From: Bugula neritina
Lineage: Eukaryota > Animalia > Bryozoa
Direction: 5' to 3'
DNA length: 64,000 bases
Assembly (NCBI GenBank): GCA_964035545.1
Contig: OZ037768.1
Coordinates: 2,636,741-2,700,740 of the forward strand
Position 1 is the first letter of the stretch, and each line of letters starts with the position of its first letter. The translations under genes were made by a program, and so were the position numbers. Shown here piece after piece: positions 59,601-64,000 of the stretch. Below the pieces are notes generated by a model. It was not told the DNA's origin. It worked only from the letters and a program-made list of their open reading frames with translations, and searched no databases.

Positions 59601-60917
59601 ACCGTACAGCCGTTTTAACTTCTTCGTCAGTAGAGAATCGCTGACCTCTAAGTCCTTCCTTCATCGGACCAAACAAATGAAAGTCTGATGGAGCCAAGTC
59701 AGGGCTGTATGGTGGATGAGGCAATGTGGTCCACCCATGACGGGTGATTTCCTCTCTTGTTCTCAAACTTGTGTGGGGACGGGCATTGTCGTGCTGAAGG
59801 AGCACGTTAGCCACGTTGACATTTGGTCTGCAACGCTTAAGTCTGGTTTTCAACTTCCTTAGAGTCTCAATGTAGGCTTAAGCGTTGCAGACCAAATGTC
59901 AACGTGGCTAACGTGCTCCTTCAGCACGACAATGCCCGTCCCCACACAAGTTTGAGAACAAGAGAGGAAATCACCCGTCATGGGTGAACCACATTGCCTC
60001 ATCCACCATACAGCCCTGACTTGGCTCCATCAGACTTTCATTTGTTTGGTCCGATGAAGGAAGGACTTAGAGGTCAGCGATTCTCTACTGACGAAGAAGT
60101 TAAAACGGCTGTAAGGTCTTGGCTGCGCTCACAACCATCCTCCCTTTACGAGGCAGGAATACATGCTCTCATAAAACGATGCACAGCAGCTGTGGACAAT
60201 GGAGGAGACTATATTGAGAAATAAAGTGTGTTCCTAAGTTGTTGCTGATCATTTTGATATATAGTTTAAGTATTCAGAAAATAAAAATTCTCTGATCTTA
60301 CACAACAGGCGTTACTTTTTGAACCACCCTCGTATTAGTATTAAAATCAACATTAGAATAATAAATTTAAATATATTTATATTAACCATAATTATTATTG
60401 AAGAACTAGGCAGTAGCAGTACACGTGGTGAGTACTGCCCTACAGCTTACTAGGTAGTAACTCACTGACGGTGACACTGACAGTGACTGGTACTGTGACT
60501 ACCAGACTAGGCACAAGCAGTAGCAGGACTTAGGAGCGCTATTCGGTATTCCAAATCCATGGGCCTATTTGCACAAGCTGAGACTGATAATTGATAAATG
60601 ATGAGGTAGGCTAATTATTGGACGCGTTTTATCTGATATTTAAAATTTAGTTCCCCTACCTTCTCTGGATCGTCATAATAAATGCCCAATTGAGTCAGCA
60701 TGGGAGCAATGCTTGTACTTTCTGTGAAATAAGACCCGACGTCGTTGTATGGCCCTTCTCCATCTTTGTACGCTATGTAGCATGAATTAATTGGTGGTTT
60801 CCTTGTTTCAACAACCACTGGTGTGAATAAACCACAATATATCAGCATGAAAAATACAGAAAGAGCAAACAAGACTATTAGAACAACAAATCCCCATAAC
60901 AAAATTGAAACTTCCAT
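56689..60917 (-). CDS. TEX264: TEX264 homologue (ER-phagy receptor; TM, GyrI-like domain, disordered tail with LIR), 322 aa
   Basis: Exons 60660-60917, 58186-58407, 57568-57687 and 56689-57057. N-terminal TM, GPY, GIYYDDP, AVGCIL, AIKRVYPAL and PFLEIY motifs; C-terminal SDSSFEKV resembles the TEX264 LIR (SSFEEL). Confidence 0.9.
59386..60332. mobile_element. Mariner (DD34D) foldback element: two inverted copies of the transposase 3' end plus TIR
   Basis: TA|CGAGGGTGGTTCAAAAAGTAACGCC at both ends with a TA TSD. HDNARPH...YSPDLAPSD shows 34-residue D-D spacing. Arms are 59386-59841 and 59877-60332. Confidence 0.95.
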
Positions 60918-60976
60918 GATGTTTTTCTAAGTAAATTTCTGTATTGAGCGCAGACTGTGAAACTTAACTAGTTGTA

Positions 60977-61115
60977 AAGCAGTTCCGAGTTGGGGGTGAC
61001 TGAAAGCAGTAGTTTGCGGCTCTCGAGTTTTGAGTTGGGGCTTATTATAACCCCCAACTTTAAACTTGATAATTGCGTACTGATGCACTCAGTCACTCCC
61101 AACTTGAAACTGCTT
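60977..61115. mobile_element. Palindromic MITE-like element (same family as 32069-32157)
   Basis: AAGCAGTT..GAGTTGGGGGTGACTGA ... TCAGTCACTCCCAACTTGAAACTGCTT. Confidence 0.65.
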
Positions 61116-61624
61116 ATAGCAATATCCGTAAAACTCGTTAATTTTAGGACAGCTTTTAGTAGCGCATAGCTATGAAATATTTCTTGCATCAAAAGCGGAA
61201 CTTATACTTATATGTATCACAGTTAAGCAGCTTAATTGCGGTGGAGATAAGCTAGGCAATTAGTGAGGTATCCAATCGTTTTTCAGGAGTAAAATAAATG
61301 TGAAACCCAGACTGGCACTTCCAAGAAAAGAAAACTCTCATAATTTCACTGCAATAATTCTACAGCATAGCGGGATGCGGGAGGTGCAAAAGCCTAACGT
61401 AAATAAAGTAAACCAACATCGGCCAAAGGTTGAGGTTCAATTTCTGTTACCTTGGGCTTGATGAGTTTGATGAATTTGGGAAGCAAGTAGTATTAGTTGT
61501 AATAAAATATTAATATGTATCAAATTTTGTAATTTTGATATAATTAATAATAATATTGCATTATAACAGTATCGTTTAAAAGTAATGACTATTTAATAAA
61601 AATAATGCAATCGGCTAAAATACG

Positions 61625-62270
61625 AACTATTACTTATTACTATTAGTATTACTATTAGTATTACTATTACTATTAGTATTAGTATTACTATTACTATTAG
61701 TATTACTCACTATTAGTATTACCATTACTATTAGTATTACTATTACTCAGTATTACTGTTAGTGAATAATACTATTAGACTTAGTATTAGTATTACATTT
61801 ACTATTAGTATTAGTATTAGTAAGAGTATTAATATATTACAGTAAATATAATTGTGAATGTAATATTTACTTTTAGTAATACTATTACTATTAGACTTAG
61901 TAAGTATTACTAATAGTAATAGTATTATTATTACTATTACTATTAGTAATTACTATTACTATTAACTATTGAGTATTGTCTATACTATTAGTATTAGTAT
62001 TACTATTAGTATTAGTATTACTATTAGTATTAAATTTAATATTAGTATTACCCTTACAGTTACTATTAGTATTAGAGTAGTATTACTATTAATAATTACT
62101 AATTAGTATTGATCTATTATAAATATAATTATTATATTTATAATAAAATCATATTCATAATGATAACTTAAATATGCTATTAGTATTACTATTAGAGTAC
62201 TACTATAAGTATAAGTGTAACCATAACTATTGCTATAGTATTAGCATTAGTACTACTCTATTAGTGTTTC
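61625..62270. repeat. Low-complexity (TAT/TAG/TAC)n tract
   Basis: Degenerate TATTAG/TATTAC repeats. Confidence 0.9.
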
Positions 62271-63172
62271 AATTGGAACTTGCCCTCTAACTCCAAGCCC
62301 TAAGGAGTAAGGACTAAATCTAATCCGGTAATCGCATTCAATTTCATTATTTCATTGATTAATGACTAATCACTAATGTCAGCAGACAATAAGACTAATG
62401 TCTTATACTTATCTGTAGCGTAATCATAGTAATTATGATTATGATAAATTATAACTGATAGATTTAAATTATGCCTAATAATTTCAATAATACAGTTATA
62501 GTATTACTATTAACTTGAAGTTAAAGTTTAATAGTATAACTAATACTTATAATACTAATAACTAATTGTAATATGTATAGTTACACTTACACCTTTAAGT
62601 TTAATGTTTCATCACATCGGTAATCATTATCAGTAATACTAATAGTAATAGGTATAATTTATTAATAGTAATGATTAACTTTTAGTTTAAGCTATACTAA
62701 CTTAAAAACTGAGAGTTAATGTTATATTCATATCTAGGCATAAATTACTGCTTGATCATCATTAATTTATTATGGTTTTGTAATTACTAATTGAACTATG
62801 TGTATGTATGTATGTATGTGTATATATTTAGTATTTCTTCCAGTTAGTCATGTTTGTACTCAGTGGTTTTCGGTAGCTCCTGCATAAAAAAATACCAAAG
62901 ATACTTGAATTTTCAATTTTAGCATTAGAATAATTTATTAATTTTGCTTGCAATTTGCAAATGCAAAATAAATATAACAATGTTATGTGCTAAAATTAGA
63001 TATACAATGTCACATATATGCAATCAGTTATATTTTCATACGAGCAACTTTTCTAGCTTCAACGTTTAAATTGGTTATTGATTGGTGCTGCAAAAACATT
63101 GATGCGTGTTTGTGTATTATTTCAGTTGGCTGGAAGTAACAAATCCGTAACTATTCATAAATTATTAGTAAG

Positions 63173-64000
63173 ATGCCTTCTTCACATGACGGCAGCAGGA
63201 AATCTAAGCTACTCACACAGTTTTGGACATACTCAAAGTTTGTGAGCGTGCTATGTGTAGCCTGGTGTCTAGGCTACTATGGACTCAGTGTGGCTTGGGT
63301 TGGGGTCGTCTCCATTTTCATCTACATCTGGATGTTTGAGAATTATCAATTTAATCTGTCATTTAGAAACCCTCAACAGTTTGTTCAGGTGAGATATGTC
63401 TAGGTGAGCTATGTCCAGGTGAGATATACGCAGGCGGGATATGTGTAAGTGAGTTATACAGCTAAATCTGTATTATAAAGCAAGTTTTTAAATTACCTTA
63501 TATCTGTTTTTATTGTGAGGGAAAGTACTTTAATTTTATTATGAATAATTTCCTGTTTTAATATTTTTGCTCTGTTCTATAAAAACGGACGTCGAGATGC
63601 ATTTTGGAATCTCTTGCTCTAGGATGTTTCTAGTATCAACTTTATTATGGTTTAGCTTTCAGCAACTTATGTATTTTGTTTTATTCTGTTATATTAATTT
63701 AATTTCATGTTTATTTTAGGCACTTCAGTCTCCTGACCCTAAGCAATCTGTCTGGTTAACAAAGGTACGTCAAATTTATTTACTCTTTGTTTTAAAAATA
63801 TTATAGTAAGTCTTCTTCAACTTTTGCAAAGTTAGTATAAATAAGTCAAGTGAAATGTTTAGTGTACATTTATATATCGTAAAAAGGTTAGATAGACATA
63901 TACAGCTTTTAAGGTGTTGTGCTTGTTGCAGTTAGAGTTTCATGTCTAATAATGTTGGTAGATATTTATGAAACTGTGGCCTTACGCTAAGGAGAAAATT
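63173..64000 (+). CDS. ESYT: Extended synaptotagmin-like protein, 5' part (TM hairpin and start of the SMP domain)
   Basis: Exons 63173-63388, 63720-63764 and 63962 to the window end give ...AWCLGYYGLSVAWV...SPDPKQSVWLTK|IFMKLWPY, matching the ESYT pattern PD....WLNK....WPY. Confidence 0.8.

Overview
This is AT-rich, intron-rich animal genomic DNA. The genes look invertebrate, possibly lophotrochozoan, but the species cannot be determined from the window. Positions 1-7487 hold an apparently intact Ty3/Gypsy LTR retrotransposon with a tRNA-Leu PBS, a gag/pol -1 frameshift and PR-RT-RH-IN. Its pol frame runs about 520 codons past the usual integrase end, into a C2H2 zinc-finger plus leucine-zipper module, and its LTR carries six phased CCGA-nnn-TCGG palindromes. 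The element is nested in a decayed DNA-transposase remnant. Host genes on the minus strand are, in order: an amidase-signature amidase, MCM2, two tandem two-exon paralogues encoding ~120-aa HEPN/DUF4145-like proteins, USB1, a 308-aa single-exon unknown, a secreted Sushi/C-type-lectin/TSP1 mosaic protein, and TEX264. TEX264 intron 1 contains a ~950-bp near-perfect mariner foldback. The 5' end of an extended synaptotagmin lies on the plus strand. There are two leading candidates for undescribed biology. (1) The HEPN-like pair, each with N-myristoylation and C-terminal CaaX signals, one copy with an intact RxxxxH motif and one degenerate. (2) The retrotransposon-encoded putative transcription factor with candidate binding sites in its own LTR. 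All gene models were assembled by eye and all family assignments rest on remembered motifs; no database search was run.
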